Source: Synechococcus sp.
GTDB taxonomy: Bacteria; Cyanobacteriota; Cyanobacteriia; PCC-6307; Cyanobiaceae
DNA: 64,000 nt
Direction of reading: 5' to 3'
NCBI GenBank assembly: GCA_047285805.1
Contig: JBJBCN010000003.1
Coordinates: 384,001-448,000, forward strand
Both the position numbers and the translations under genes were made by a program. The notes under the pieces were generated by a model. It worked only from the letters and a program-made list of their open reading frames with translations, did no database searches and was not told where the DNA came from. Of this stretch, positions 51,551 through 64,000 are shown in pieces; the first letter of the stretch is position 1, and each line of letters opens with the position of its first letter.

Positions 51551-52431
51551 AGGTCCTCTTGACCGGCGCGGCGGGTCAGCTTGGCCAAGCCTTGATCGCA
51601 GCTTGCCCTGTGGGTATCCAACTGCTCCCGTGTCGGCGCAATGAGTTGGATCTGTCGGATCAGGACGCTTGCCGCTGCCTTGTGCGAGAACATCAACCGC
51701 ATTGGGTGCTTAACGCTGGGGCCTACACAGCGGTTGACCGCGCTGAGTCCGAAGCGGAGTTAGCCCATGCCGTGAATGCCTTGGCCCCAGCTGCCCTGGC
51801 CGAAGCCCTGGCCGATCACGGTGGCCGTCTGCTTCACCTGAGCACCGACTTTGTTTTCAATGGCCAGCAGGGTTCTCCCTATCGCCCTGGGCAAGCGGCC
51901 GATCCCCTCGGGGTTTATGGCAGCACCAAGGCGGCTGGTGAAGCCGCTGTTCTGGGCTACGGCGGCACCCGGGTTCTGCGCACCAGCTGGGTGTATGGAC
52001 CGGTGGGCAGCAATTTCTGCCTCACGATGCTTCGCCTGTTGGCTGAACGGGAGCAGTTGGGTGTCGTGGCTGATCAGGTGGGATGTCCGACGTCCACCCT
52101 GGGACTTGCTCAAGCCTGTTGGCGGGTGCTTGTTCTCGAGGAGAGCGCTCCGCGGATCCTGCACTGGAGCGATGCCGGTGCAGCCAGTTGGTACGACTTC
52201 GCGGTGGCCATTGCTGAGCTGGGACAGCAGCTGGGGCTGCTCAGTCGGGTAGCCCGGGTCAATCCGATCGGGACCGTTGACTACCCCACCTCGGCCAAGC
52301 GTCCCGCCTATTCCCTGCTCGAGTGCAGCGAGACGCGCCAGGCCTTGGCCCTGGAGCCGCAGCATTGGCGAGCGGCCCTGTCCCAGGTGCTGCTGCGCAT
52401 AACCTCCAGTCCAGCCCGCGCCTCCGCTTGA
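51547..52431 (+). CDS. rfbD: dTDP-4-dehydrorhamnose reductase
   Basis: TGAAGQLG, AYTAVDRAE, STDFVF and YGSTK; GTGA overlap with rfbC. Confidence 0.94.
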   Translation: MKVLLTGAAGQLGQALIAACPVGIQLLPCRRNELDLSDQDACRCLVREHQPHWVLNAGAYTAVDRAESEAELAHAVNALAPAALAEALADHGGRLLHLSTDFVFNGQQGSPYRPGQAADPLGVYGSTKAAGEAAVLGYGGTRVLRTSWVYGPVGSNFCLTMLRLLAEREQLGVVADQVGCPTSTLGLAQACWRVLVLEESAPRILHWSDAGAASWYDFAVAIAELGQQLGLLSRVARVNPIGTVDYPTSAKRPAYSLLECSETRQALALEPQHWRAALSQVLLRITSSPARASA

Positions 52432-53537
52432 TGACGGTTTCGCTTCCCAGCTCGATCCAACGCGTGTTGGTAACTGGCGGGGCAGGATTCATTGGTGGAG
52501 CGGTGGTTCGGCGCTTGTTGGCGGAGACCAACGTCCAGGTCTTCAATCTCGATAAGTGCAGCTACGCCAGTGACCTCACCGGAATTGAGCAGTTCGGCGA
52601 GGCCGCCGCGCAGCGCCACCATTTGCTGCAGGTGGACCTCAGTGACGCTGCAGCTACCGCCGCTGCGGTGAGGCAAGCCGATCCTGATCTGATGATGCAC
52701 TTGGCCGCCGAGAGTCATGTCGATCGGTCCATTGACGGTCCGGGCGTGTTTGTCAGCAGCAACGTGCTCGGCACCTTCAACCTGCTCCAGGCGGCCCGAG
52801 CCCACTTCGAGCGGCTGCCAGCGGAGCGAGCCCAGGGCTTTTGCTTCCATCACATCAGTACCGATGAGGTCTTCGGCTCCCTGGGTGAGCAGGGGCGTTT
52901 TTCAGAGACCACGCCTTATGACCCCCATTCGCCCTACTCCGCTACCAAGGCGGCCAGTGATCACCTGGTGAGTGCCTGGTACCACACCTATGGCTTGCCC
53001 GTGGTGCTGACCAATTGCTCCAACAACTTCGGTCCCTGGCAGTTCCCGGAGAAGTTGATCCCGGTGGTGATTCTCAAGGCGGTGGCAGGGGAGCCGATTC
53101 CCCTCTACGGCGACGGCGGCAATGTGCGCGACTGGTTGTATGTGGAGGACCACGTCGATGCGCTCTTGCTGGCGGCCACCCAGGGTGAGCCCGGGCGGAG
53201 CTACTGCGTGGGGGGTTACGGCGAGCGCACCAATAAGCAGGTGGTCGAGGCCATCTGCAGCCTCTTGGATCAACGCTTGCCCCAGGGGGCTCCCCACGCC
53301 CGCTTGATCACCCCCGTCACGGACCGCCCGGGCCATGACCGCCGTTATGCCATCGATCCAGGCCACATTGAGCAGGAATTGGGGTGGAGCCCGCGTCACC
53401 CCTTTGATGCAGGGTTGGCGGCCACGGTGGATTGGTACCTCGATCACCTGGGCTGGTGCCAGGCGATGCGGCAGCGCTCCGGCTGGACGGGTGAGCGTCA
53501 AGGGCTCTCAGCTGGGCAGGGCCCTCACTCTCAGTAG
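52431..53537 (+). CDS. rfbB: dTDP-glucose 4,6-dehydratase
   Basis: [26 protein letters not shown] and DRPGHDRRY. Confidence 0.95.
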   Translation: MTVSLPSSIQRVLVTGGAGFIGGAVVRRLLAETNVQVFNLDKCSYASDLTGIEQFGEAAAQRHHLLQVDLSDAAATAAAVRQADPDLMMHLAAESHVDRSIDGPGVFVSSNVLGTFNLLQAARAHFERLPAERAQGFCFHHISTDEVFGSLGEQGRFSETTPYDPHSPYSATKAASDHLVSAWYHTYGLPVVLTNCSNNFGPWQFPEKLIPVVILKAVAGEPIPLYGDGGNVRDWLYVEDHVDALLLAATQGEPGRSYCVGGYGERTNKQVVEAICSLLDQRLPQGAPHARLITPVTDRPGHDRRYAIDPGHIEQELGWSPRHPFDAGLAATVDWYLDHLGWCQAMRQRSGWTGERQGLSAGQGPHSQ

Positions 53538-53566
53538 GCTGCCCGGAGCTCAAATCGGCTCTCTCC

Positions 53567-56443
53567 ATGCTCAAGCTGCTGCTGGGTGACCCCAATGCCC
53601 GCAAGCTGAAGCGCTACCAGCCGATTGTTTCCGACACCAATCTGCTCGAGGAGGAGGTCGCACCCCTTTCGGACGATGAGCTGCGCGGTCTGACGGCGGA
53701 ATTCCGCCAGAAGCTCAGCAGCCTGCAGGACGACTGCCTGAAGCGTGGTTTCAGCCGCGAGGCCACCCTCGACCGCGAGCGAAAGTTGCTGGATGAGCTG
53801 TTGCCCCAGGCCTTCGCTGTGGTCCGCGAAGCCGGCAAACGCGTGCTCGGCATGCGCCACTTCGACGTGCAGCTGCTCGGCGGGATGATCCTTCACGACG
53901 GCCAGATCGCCGAGATGAAAACCGGCGAGGGCAAGACCCTTGTGTCCACGCTGCCCAGCTATCTCAACGCGCTCACGGGTCGCGGCGTTCACGTGGTCAC
54001 CGTCAATGATTACTTGGCCCGCCGAGACGCTGAGTGGATGGGTCAGGTCCATCGCTTCTTGGGGCTGTCTGTGGGTTTGATCCAGCAGGACATGGATCCC
54101 TCCAGCCGCCGAGTGAACTACGGCTGCGACATCACCTACGCCACGAACTCAGAGCTGGGTTTCGACTACTTGCGCGACAACATGGCGAACGACATCGCCG
54201 AGGTGGTGCAGCGTGACTTCCACTACTGCGTCATCGACGAGGTGGACTCGATCCTGATCGATGAAGCCCGAACTCCGCTGATCATCTCGGGCCAGGTGGA
54301 GCGCCCCCAGGAGAAGTACCAGAAGGCCTCAGAAGTGGCGGCCCAGTTGGTGCGCGCTGCAGAGATGGGTAAGGACGGTATCGACCCTGAAGGGGACTAC
54401 GAGTTTGACGAGAAGCAGCGCAGCTGCACCTTGACTGACGAGGGTTACGCCAAGGCCGAGGAACTGCTCGGTGTAGCGGATCTGTTTGATCCCCAGGACC
54501 CCTGGGCGCACTACATCAACAACGCCCTCAAGGCCAAAGAGATGTTCGTCAAGGACGTCAATTACATCGTCCGCGGCGATGACGCCGTGATCGTCGATGA
54601 GTTCACCGGCCGCGTCATGCCTGGTCGTCGCTGGAGCGATGGACAACACCAGGCGATTGAGGCCAAGGAAGGTCTGCCGATTCAGCCGGAGACCCAGACC
54701 CTCGCGTCGATCACCTACCAGAACTTCTTCCTGCTCTATCCCCGCCTGGCGGGCATGACCGGTACGGCGAAGACCGAGGAGGTGGAGTTCGAGAAGACTT
54801 ACAAGCTCGAGGTCACGATCGTTCCCACTAACCGTATTCGGGCACGGCAGGACTGGACGGACCAGGTTTACAAGAACGAAACCGCCAAATGGCGTGCTGT
54901 GGCTCTGGAGACCGCCGAGGTCCACAAGCAGGGGCGCCCGGTCCTGGTGGGCACCACCAGCGTCGAGAAGTCCGAGCTCCTAAGCACCCTGCTGGCCGAG
55001 CAGCAGATCCCCCACAACCTGCTGAACGCCAAGCCGGAGAACGTCGAGCGTGAGGCCGAAATCGTGGCCCAAGCCGGTCGCACGGGAGCTGTCACAATCG
55101 CCACCAACATGGCGGGCCGCGGCACCGACATCATCCTCGGCGGCAATTCGGACTACATGGCTCGCCTCAAGCTGCGCGAGGTCTTGTTGCCCCGTCTAGT
55201 GCGTCCAGAAGACGGCCATAAGCCGCCAGTTCCCCTGCAACGCGCTCCAGAGGCGGCCCCTGGCTTTGGCGCGGCTGCGGCGGCCGAATCAGCCAAGGCG
55301 CCCTCGGAAGCGAAGGCGATTGGCACCCTCTATCCCTGCACCCTCACAGGCGGCACCGAGCAGGCCCTCTCCGGCGTGGCCCAGGATCTCGTTAAAGCGT
55401 GGGGCGATCGTCAGTTGAGCGTCCTTGAGCTGGAAGACCGCATTGCCCAGGCTGCAGAAAAGGCCCCAACCGATGACGCCCAAATCCTGCAGCTGCGGGA
55501 AGCGATCAAGCGGGTTCGGACCGAATTCGAGGTCGTGACCAAGTCAGAAGATGCTGTTGTCCGTGAAGCCGGTGGTTTGCATGTCATCGGCACCGAACGG
55601 CATGAATCTCGTCGGGTTGACAACCAGCTGCGGGGCCGCGCGGGTCGTCAGGGGGACCCTGGCAGCACCCGCTTCTTCCTGTCCCTGGAAGACAACCTGC
55701 TGCGCATCTTTGGCGGTGATCGCGTCGCTGGTCTGATGAATGCCTTCCGCGTCGAGGAGGACATGCCGATCGAATCCGGCATGCTCACCCGTTCGCTTGA
55801 AGGGGCCCAGAAAAAAGTCGAGACCTACTACTACGACATCCGTAAGCAGGTCTTTGAATACGACGAGGTGATGAATAACCAGCGCAAGGCCGTGTATGCC
55901 GAGCGCCGTCGTGTTTTGGAGGGCAGAGAGCTTAAGGCGCAGGTGGTGGGCTATGGCGAGCGCACCATGCAGGACATCGTTGATGCCTATGTGAACCCCG
56001 ATCTACCCCCGGAGGAGTGGGATTTGGATCGCCTGGTGGCCAAGGTCAAGGAGTTTGTCTATCTCCTGGAGGACCTCAAGCCTGAGCAGCTCAGCGGCCT
56101 TTCGGTTGATGAGCTCAAGGCGTTCCTGCAGGAGCAGCTCCGTAACGCTTACGACATCAAAGAGGGCCAGGTTGAGCAACAGCGGCCTGGCCTGATGCGT
56201 GAGGCTGAGCGCTTCTTCATCCTTCAGCAGATTGATACCCTCTGGCGCGAACATTTGCAGGCAATGGATGCCCTGCGCGAGTCGGTTGGTCTGCGGGCCA
56301 TTGGTCAAAAAGACCCGCTCATTGAGTACAAAAACGAGGGCTATGACATGTTCCTCGAGATGATGACGGGCATGCGCCGCAACGTCATCTACTCGATGTT
56401 CATGTTCCAGCCAGCACCCTCTGGCGCTGAGGCCTCCGCTTAA
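53567..56443 (+). CDS. secA: preprotein translocase ATPase SecA
   Basis: [38 protein letters not shown] and [11 protein letters not shown]. Confidence 0.98.
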   Translation: MLKLLLGDPNARKLKRYQPIVSDTNLLEEEVAPLSDDELRGLTAEFRQKLSSLQDDCLKRGFSREATLDRERKLLDELLPQAFAVVREAGKRVLGMRHFDVQLLGGMILHDGQIAEMKTGEGKTLVSTLPSYLNALTGRGVHVVTVNDYLARRDAEWMGQVHRFLGLSVGLIQQDMDPSSRRVNYGCDITYATNSELGFDYLRDNMANDIAEVVQRDFHYCVIDEVDSILIDEARTPLIISGQVERPQEKYQKASEVAAQLVRAAEMGKDGIDPEGDYEFDEKQRSCTLTDEGYAKAEELLGVADLFDPQDPWAHYINNALKAKEMFVKDVNYIVRGDDAVIVDEFTGRVMPGRRWSDGQHQAIEAKEGLPIQPETQTLASITYQNFFLLYPRLAGMTGTAKTEEVEFEKTYKLEVTIVPTNRIRARQDWTDQVYKNETAKWRAVALETAEVHKQGRPVLVGTTSVEKSELLSTLLAEQQIPHNLLNAKPENVEREAEIVAQAGRTGAVTIATNMAGRGTDIILGGNSDYMARLKLREVLLPRLVRPEDGHKPPVPLQRAPEAAPGFGAAAAAESAKAPSEAKAIGTLYPCTLTGGTEQALSGVAQDLVKAWGDRQLSVLELEDRIAQAAEKAPTDDAQILQLREAIKRVRTEFEVVTKSEDAVVREAGGLHVIGTERHESRRVDNQLRGRAGRQGDPGSTRFFLSLEDNLLRIFGGDRVAGLMNAFRVEEDMPIESGMLTRSLEGAQKKVETYYYDIRKQVFEYDEVMNNQRKAVYAERRRVLEGRELKAQVVGYGERTMQDIVDAYVNPDLPPEEWDLDRLVAKVKEFVYLLEDLKPEQLSGLSVDELKAFLQEQLRNAYDIKEGQVEQQRPGLMREAERFFILQQIDTLWREHLQAMDALRESVGLRAIGQKDPLIEYKNEGYDMFLEMMTGMRRNVIYSMFMFQPAPSGAEASA

Positions 56444-57193
56444 TCAATTTGTGGTTCCTGGGTTATCCCCCAGGAACTCCAGAATTTCGCGGTCCTTGAG
56501 GCTCTGCGCCGCGGCAGCTGTGCAGGGCTCGTCCAGGGGCTGGCCGGCGGCCAGGTTCCGCAGGCAGTCCTGCGCGCGGGTGAGTTCTGTTTCCAGGGTG
56601 TCAATCCGCTCCATCAGGTTGCGGATTACCCGAGCCTCCGCGTCGGGCAAAGCGGAGTGCGCCAGCGGGTTGACGCGAACGCCGCTCTGGTGAACGACGC
56701 GGCCAGGGACGCCCACCACGGTGCTGTCCGGGGCGACATCGCGCAGGACGACCGAGCCAGCGCCAATGCGGGTGTTGGCCCCCACTTTGATGGCACCGAG
56801 CACCTTGGCTCCAGCCCCTACGACGACGTTCTCCGCCAGGGTTGGGTGACGCTTCCCATGGGCTTTGCCCGTGCCTCCGAGTGTGACGCCTTGGTAGAGC
56901 AGGCAGTTGTTGCCCACCACGGCCGTTTCGCCGATCACGACACCCATGCCGTGGTCGATGAACACCCCTTGGCCGATCCGGGCTCCCGGGTGAATCTCGA
57001 TTCCGGTGAGCCAGCGTCCCAGTTGGCTGAGCAGGCGGGCCGGTAGGGGCGCAATGCGCCAGAGGCGGTGACTGAGGCGGTGCAACGTCAGGGCATGCAG
57101 CCCCGGGTAGCAGCACAGCATTTCCAATGTGCCGCGTGCTGCCGGGTCCCTTTCTTTGATGATCGCCAGGTCGGCTCGCAGCGCGTTCAGCAT
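56444..57193 (-). CDS. cysE: serine O-acetyltransferase
   Basis: [30 protein letters not shown] and KRHPT. Confidence 0.95.
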   Translation of the reverse strand: MLNALRADLAIIKERDPAARGTLEMLCCYPGLHALTLHRLSHRLWRIAPLPARLLSQLGRWLTGIEIHPGARIGQGVFIDHGMGVVIGETAVVGNNCLLYQGVTLGGTGKAHGKRHPTLAENVVVGAGAKVLGAIKVGANTRIGAGSVVLRDVAPDSTVVGVPGRVVHQSGVRVNPLAHSALPDAEARVIRNLMERIDTLETELTRAQDCLRNLAAGQPLDEPCTAAAAQSLKDREILEFLGDNPGTTN

Positions 57194-57277
57194 CGTTCCA
57201 CATTGCTGAGCAAGAGTTTGACCGAGGGGCCCTCGGTCATGCATGATCTCTAGGACGGCGGTTGAGCCGCGGCGTCT

Positions 57278-57349
57278 GCGGATGTAGCTCAGTGGTAGAG
57301 CATCTCCTTGCCAAGGAGAGGGTCGAGAGTTCGAATCTCTTCATCCGCT
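57278..57349 (+). tRNA. tRNA-Gly (GCC)
   Basis: GCGGATG acceptor pairing CATCCGC, D-arm TAGCTCAGTGGTAGAGC, anticodon loop TTGCCAA, T-loop GTTCGAATC; CCA not encoded. Confidence 0.97.
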
Positions 57350-57360
57350 TTTGAATCAAC

Positions 57361-57386
57361 AAAAGGCTGTGATGACAGCCCTTTTT
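57361..57386. terminator. probable bidirectional terminator between tRNA-Gly and plmA
   Basis: AAAA-GGCTGT-gatg-ACAGCC-CTTTTT hairpin. Confidence 0.7.
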
Positions 57387-57410
57387 GAAGGCTCTGCCTT
57401 GAAGCGGCAC

Positions 57411-58400
57411 TCAGCTCGTGAGCAGTCCAATTTCCTTGCGGAGCTGATCGATCGTCGCTGTGCCGAGATAACTCTGGGCGCAGTGCACTTGGGGCATCCG
57501 CATCAGTTGGGCGCGGTTCTGGCGCAGGCTTTGCTCCACTAAGGGCAGGCTGGGGCGGTCGCAGAGCACATGGCTGGAGGCCCGCAGCAGGGCGAGCAGT
57601 CGGCTGCTGACATCTGGGGTGGCGGTCATAAGCAGTAGTTCGTTCCCGCGCATGCTGTGCAGGATCACTTCTGCGGCCCGCAGGATGCCCGGGCTGATGC
57701 TGACGAGTCCCACGCAGCTTCCGGCGCGTAGGTCCTTCAGCAGGTCGAGCTCGTGGCGGAAGTCATTGAGGTCAACCGGGACGGCCCGCACGCCATGACG
57801 CTTGGCGATCTCTTCAACGGGCTGCAGGAAGTAGCGGCTGGTGACCACGGTGCCGTTGCTGGAGTTCTCGAGCACGGCTTCCAGTTCCTCCATCGGAACC
57901 ACTTCGACGGGGGCATCCAGGTGGGGGGTGAGCTCCTCCGAGATCAGCATGGAGGCGCCGATGTCCTCCCGCGGGGTGCTGACCAGCACCCGTGCGCCGC
58001 AGCGCAGCCTCCAGTCGATCTCACGGGTTAACAGCTCGCGGGCCTGCTGCAGGGTGCAGCCGGCATTAAGGAGGCCATCCACGCTCTGGCGGACCTCCCG
58101 GTCGATGTCAGGCAGGTGCCGTCCGCGGGGACCCGGCGGCGGCTTGATTTCCCGCGGGTTCTGTTGATCCCGCACGTAGATGCCAGAACCGGCCATGGCC
58201 TCAACCACGCCGTCGTTCTCCAGTTGGCGGTAGACCTTGCTGATCGTGTTGCGATGCAGGCCGGTCTGCATCGCCAGCTGGCGCGTACTGGGTAGTCGAT
58301 GGCCGGGCGGGAAGTGCCGCGCCGCAATCGCAAAGCAGATCTGGTTGTACAGCTGGCTCGAAGCCGGGATATCGCTGTCCTGCTGAATGTGGAACCGCAC
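57411..58400 (-). CDS. plmA: GntR-family regulator, PlmA subfamily
   Basis: GHRLPSTRQLAMQTGLHRNTISKVY wHTH plus cyanobacterial C-terminal domain. Confidence 0.85.
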   Translation of the reverse strand: MRFHIQQDSDIPASSQLYNQICFAIAARHFPPGHRLPSTRQLAMQTGLHRNTISKVYRQLENDGVVEAMAGSGIYVRDQQNPREIKPPPGPRGRHLPDIDREVRQSVDGLLNAGCTLQQARELLTREIDWRLRCGARVLVSTPREDIGASMLISEELTPHLDAPVEVVPMEELEAVLENSSNGTVVTSRYFLQPVEEIAKRHGVRAVPVDLNDFRHELDLLKDLRAGSCVGLVSISPGILRAAEVILHSMRGNELLLMTATPDVSSRLLALLRASSHVLCDRPSLPLVEQSLRQNRAQLMRMPQVHCAQSYLGTATIDQLRKEIGLLTS

Positions 58401-58506
58401 GCCCTAGTGGCACAAGCTGTTCGAGCCACCTTACGGATCTTTGTCCCCGGCGACAATTGCGTTGTTGGCATAAAACGGTGTGCCGGTTCCCAGCTCCTCC
58501 AACGCG

Positions 58507-59256
58507 ATGACCATCCAGGCCAACTGGGTTCAGCTCTCCGTTCCTTCTGAAGCCGGTGTGACAGCGACCACCATGCCGGCATGGTGGGTGCAGCCAGAGC
58601 GTCCTCGCGGGGCCGTGCTGGTTCTTCCTGAGGTGTTTGGTGTGAACAGCTGGGTGCGCAGCGTGGCGGAACGGTTGGCCCAGGAGGGTTACGCAGCCTT
58701 AGCGCTCAGCACCTTCTCTCGCACGGCTCCCGATTTGGCGGTGGGCTACGACCAAGCCGGCTTGGCCACCGGTCGTGAACACCGGGATCAGGTGACGGCT
58801 CCGCAGCTCCTCGCGGATGTTCAAGCGGCCGTCGATTGGCTCCAGCAGGCCCATCCGTCCCTTGGGCTCTGTTGTGTGGGTTTCTGCTTTGGTGGTCACC
58901 TGGCGATGCTGGCGGCGACGAACCCAGCGATAGAGGCCACGTGCGACTTCTATGGCGCCCGGGTGTCCTGCTTCAAGCCCGGGTCAGCTGACTCGGCGAC
59001 CTTGTCGGTTGTTCCGCAGATCTCAGGTCGGCTCTGGTGTTTCTGCGGCGATCAAGACCCCCTGATGCCTGCTGAAGAAGTGCAAGCCATTGAGCGAGCC
59101 CTCCACGCAGCTGATCCCAGCGAGGCGCGCCATCGCTTGGTTGTGGCTACTGGGGCGGGTCACGGCTATATGTGTGAGGCCAGGTCAGACTTCCACCCTG
59201 AGGCTGCGGCCTCGGGATGGAGTCTGATGCTGGAGCTCTTCGCTGAGGCGCTTTAG
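58507..59256 (+). CDS. dienelactone hydrolase family protein
   Basis: PEVFGVN, GFCFGG nucleophile elbow and GHGY. Confidence 0.9.
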   Translation: MTIQANWVQLSVPSEAGVTATTMPAWWVQPERPRGAVLVLPEVFGVNSWVRSVAERLAQEGYAALALSTFSRTAPDLAVGYDQAGLATGREHRDQVTAPQLLADVQAAVDWLQQAHPSLGLCCVGFCFGGHLAMLAATNPAIEATCDFYGARVSCFKPGSADSATLSVVPQISGRLWCFCGDQDPLMPAEEVQAIERALHAADPSEARHRLVVATGAGHGYMCEARSDFHPEAAASGWSLMLELFAEAL

Positions 59257-59894
59257 CCCTCGGCCTTCGCGGCGGCTTGGCGAGGGGTCTCGATCGTGCG
59301 CACCGCTTTGCTGGCTGCGGCTTCGGCCTCTTTCTCCTTGGCCAGCGGGGTTTTACGGGGGCTCAGGAACATGATCATGTTCCGACCCTCCCGCTTGGGA
59401 TCCTGCTGAATTTCAGCTTTCTCCTCCAGGTCCTTCGCCATGCGGCGCAGAAGCTGCTCAGCCAAGGCCGTGTGCTGGATCTCGCGGCCGCGGAAGATCA
59501 CGGTGCACTTCACCTTGTCGCCTGCTTTTAGGAAGCGAGAGGCCTGACCGAGCCGCACGTCGTAGTCGTGCTGGTCGATCTTGTAGCGCATCTTGACCTC
59601 TTTGACTTCGGTCTGGTGCGACTTTTTCTTGGCTTCCTTGGCCTTCTTTTCCTGCTCGAACTTGAACTTGCCGTAGTCCATGATCCGGCAGACCGGTGGG
59701 TCAGCCTTTTCACTCACGAGCACCAGGTCAAGCTCGCGTTCCTTGGCGACGTCGAGTGCCTCTTCCCTTGAGATCACTCCCAGCTGACTGCCGTCGGCAT
59801 CGACCACCCGGAGCTGGGGGTAATTGATGCGGTCGTTGATGTTGGGGAGCTCCCGGACAGGAGCACGGCGGTCAAAACGAGGACGGGGTGGCAT
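59253..59894 (-). CDS. infC: translation initiation factor IF-3
   Basis: [20 protein letters not shown] and FRGREI. Confidence 0.97.
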   Translation of the reverse strand: MPPRPRFDRRAPVRELPNINDRINYPQLRVVDADGSQLGVISREEALDVAKERELDLVLVSEKADPPVCRIMDYGKFKFEQEKKAKEAKKKSHQTEVKEVKMRYKIDQHDYDVRLGQASRFLKAGDKVKCTVIFRGREIQHTALAEQLLRRMAKDLEEKAEIQQDPKREGRNMIMFLSPRKTPLAKEKEAEAAASKAVRTIETPRQAAAKAEG

Positions 59895-59936
59895 TCAGAC
59901 GGGCGAGAGGACGGAAAAACAGTTGCTGTTCACCCC

Positions 59937-60851
59937 TCACCCTAGGACGTGCTTGATCGCCGACAAGGCCCGCTCCAGTGGATCGCCTTCTTGGCCCTGT
60001 GCATCCAGCCAAAGGGGTTGATGCTGGCGGCGAAACCACGTTCGCTGGCGCTTGGCAAATTGCTGGGTGCGTTTGGTGGTTCGTCCGATGGCCTGCTGCT
60101 CGTTCAGCTCACCCCGCAGCAGGGCGGCCGCTTCTGCATAGCCGATGGTGTCAAGCAGTGGACAGTCCGGTCCGTAGCGCTGTTGGAGCGCTTCCGTTTC
60201 AGCCACCAAGCCATCGCTATACAGCGCATGGCTGCGTTGAGAAATGCGTTGTTTGAGGTTGCTGGGGTTGAGCCCCAGCTCCAGGACACGCCAGGGTGGG
60301 GGATTAGCGCCCTGTTGCTGGCTGAGTGGACGGCCCGTCGCATAGAGCACCTCGAGTGCGCGCTGGGTTCGGACTGCGTCGTTCGCCATGATCCGCTCAG
60401 CAGCGCTTGGATCCGCTTGGCGCAGCAGGGCGTAGCACTGGCTCTGGCCCAGGGACTCCAGCTCCGTTCGTAGTTGCGGTTGCGGAGGCACCGCTGGTGG
60501 AGTCATCCCCTTCGTGATGGCCTTGATATAGAGACCGCTGCCGCCCACGAGAAAGGCCACCCCGCGCCGCTGGTGTTCCGCGGCGATCGCCGCGTCGGCT
60601 TCCTGGCGGAACTCCTGCAAATTGATGGGCTGATCGGGAGCCCGCAGGTCCAGCAGCTCATGGCGAACGGCGGCCCGTTGCTCGGTCGTCGGTTTTGCCG
60701 TGCCGATCGTCATGTCTTTGTAAAGCTGCCTGGAATCGACGGACAGCACAGCGAGGTCAAGGGCCTTGGCGATTTCAATGCCAAGTGCGGTTTTGCCGCT
60801 GGCCGTTGGCCCCATCAAGGCGATGACGAGGGGCTGACTGGATGGACTCAT
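59937..60851 (-). CDS. miaA: tRNA dimethylallyltransferase
   Basis: [26 protein letters not shown] and AKRQRTWFR. Confidence 0.96.
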   Translation of the reverse strand: MSPSSQPLVIALMGPTASGKTALGIEIAKALDLAVLSVDSRQLYKDMTIGTAKPTTEQRAAVRHELLDLRAPDQPINLQEFRQEADAAIAAEHQRRGVAFLVGGSGLYIKAITKGMTPPAVPPQPQLRTELESLGQSQCYALLRQADPSAAERIMANDAVRTQRALEVLYATGRPLSQQQGANPPPWRVLELGLNPSNLKQRISQRSHALYSDGLVAETEALQQRYGPDCPLLDTIGYAEAAALLRGELNEQQAIGRTTKRTQQFAKRQRTWFRRQHQPLWLDAQGQEGDPLERALSAIKHVLG

Positions 60852-60963
60852 CACCGCACTTTGCCGGGTGACCTGCAAACCAAGGGGTGCCCCCCTTTCC
60901 GAAATTGCCCCGCACTGGCCCCTGCAAGAGCCTCTATTGCATCGGTGGTAAAATGACCTCTAA

Positions 60964-62996
<2,033 letters not shown>

Positions 62997-62997
<1 letters not shown>

Positions 62998-63320
62998 TGT
63001 CGGCCCAGCCGTACGCCATCTTGCGCTGGGGCGCCATATTGGCCTTCGCTTTGTTTGCGCCCATTGGCCTTCCTGCTGGTGGTTCCGAGCGTCGTCAGTC
63101 TGAGGTTCGACGGCGTTGCTCCAGCGAGCCCTTGCTCAGCACTTTTAAAGGATGTCTGCAGGCAGCTCCGGAGCGCCAGGCCCCGGTGCTCGCCCACGTG
63201 CCAGTGGATTCTCCGATTGAGGTTCTGCGCAGCTGGCATAACCAGCGCGGTGAGCGCTGGCTTCAGGTGAAAGTGGCCTCTCGGCGTGGCTGGATGGCGG
63301 TCGCTTACGCAGATGCGTGA
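62997..63320 (+). CDS. small SH3-like domain protein
   Basis: TGATG coupling to gyrB; signal-like N-terminus; WLQV...RRGW SH3b-like end. Confidence 0.7.
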
Positions 63321-63675
63321 TGTCCTGTTGGTGGCGATTGGCGCCGTGCCAGGAGCTTGGTTGCGTTTTCGCGTGGTCAATCACCTGGAGCCGATGCTGC
63401 CTCGCAAGCACTGGGGCACCTTCACGGTCAATGTCATCGCTTGTTTTGTCCTCGGCTTGCTCGCGGCCCTGGCCAATCACTGCGGGCCGGACCAACGGCT
63501 GGGTTTACTGCTAGGCACCGGTTTCTTGGGGAGCTTCAGCACCTTTTCGACGTTCAGTCTTGAATTGCTGCAGGCCTTGCGGTCTGGCCTCTTCCGGGAG
63601 ATGGCGCTGTTGGCTGTTGGCTCTGTCGTGGTGGGAGTGCTCGCGGTATTAGCGGGGATGGCCACCGTTGGCTGA
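63313..63675 (+). CDS. crcB: fluoride channel CrcB/Fluc
   Basis: GAVPGAWLRF, GTFTVN and GFLGSFSTFSTF. Confidence 0.9.
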   Translation: MRDVLLVAIGAVPGAWLRFRVVNHLEPMLPRKHWGTFTVNVIACFVLGLLAALANHCGPDQRLGLLLGTGFLGSFSTFSTFSLELLQALRSGLFREMALLAVGSVVVGVLAVLAGMATVG

Positions 63676-64000
63676 TCGGAGACTGCGCTTTGCCCTGCAG
63701 GAGTTGGGCTTGGTCGCCTGTGGGGCGGTTCCTGGCGCCTGGTTGCGTTGGCAGAGCGGTGTACATCTCGGACCTCTGCTGGGTGGTGCGGCTATCTCCA
63801 ATCTGTTGGTGAACTTGATCGGGTCGCTGATCCTCGGGTTCTTGGCTGGCCCGATTGCGCGTCGGCCAAGCCTCCTCTTGCTCTTGGGGATTGGTTTCTG
63901 CGGTTGTCTCACCACTTTCAGCAGCTGGATGCTGGATGTGTTCAAGTTGCTCAACGCTGGCCAGCCCGTGTTGGGCCTGCTTTTGATTGTTGTGAGCTTG
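63668..64000 (+). CDS. crcB: second CrcB/Fluc subunit (partial, runs off window end)
   Basis: Manual translation from TTG 63668: ...GAVPGAWLRW...NLLVNLIGS...GFCGCLTTFSSW. Confidence 0.85.
   Translation, partial: MADRRLRFALQELGLVACGAVPGAWLRWQSGVHLGPLLGGAAISNLLVNLIGSLILGFLAGPIARRPSLLLLLGIGFCGCLTTFSSWMLDVFKLLNAGQPVLGLLLIVVSL

Noticed and set aside
57278..57349. tRNA-Gly as the integration site of the islands
   Set aside because: It is flanked by core genes, and I saw no duplicated 3' end or integrase

Overview
This is a GC-rich picocyanobacterial (Synechococcus/Cyanobium-like) chromosome segment spanning the probable replication origin (thrC-oriC-dnaN). Most of it is core genes: argH, ftsY, nusB, queG, a GyrA/ParC-like subunit, uvrA, recN, thrC, dnaN, purL, purF, lysC, holA, cobH, mutS, psbZ, ribH, rmlACDB, secA, cysE, tRNA-Gly, plmA, infC, miaA, gyrB and two crcB. 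Two low-GC surface-glycan islands bracket the ~15 kb uvrA-oriC-purF block. Island 1 (10005-22772) is a 13-gene legionaminic-acid-type (nonulosonic acid) operon with an N-acetyl sugar amidotransferase, a fused HisF-HisH and a second, split HisH/HisF pair. Island 2 (37500-41828) holds a GT-A glycosyltransferase, a radical SAM/SPASM enzyme, a candidate nonulosonate transferase and a second amidotransferase that has no adjacent HisH/HisF. Best leads: (i) the two islands look like one glycan-amidination system split around an apparently inverted origin block, with the 3' ends of the flanking core genes shifted toward island composition; (ii) a single-ORF Phd/YefM-PIN fusion with a degenerate PIN active site and a TGTACA palindrome heads a holA-lysC gene run. 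All functional calls come from motifs and recalled family knowledge; no searches were run.
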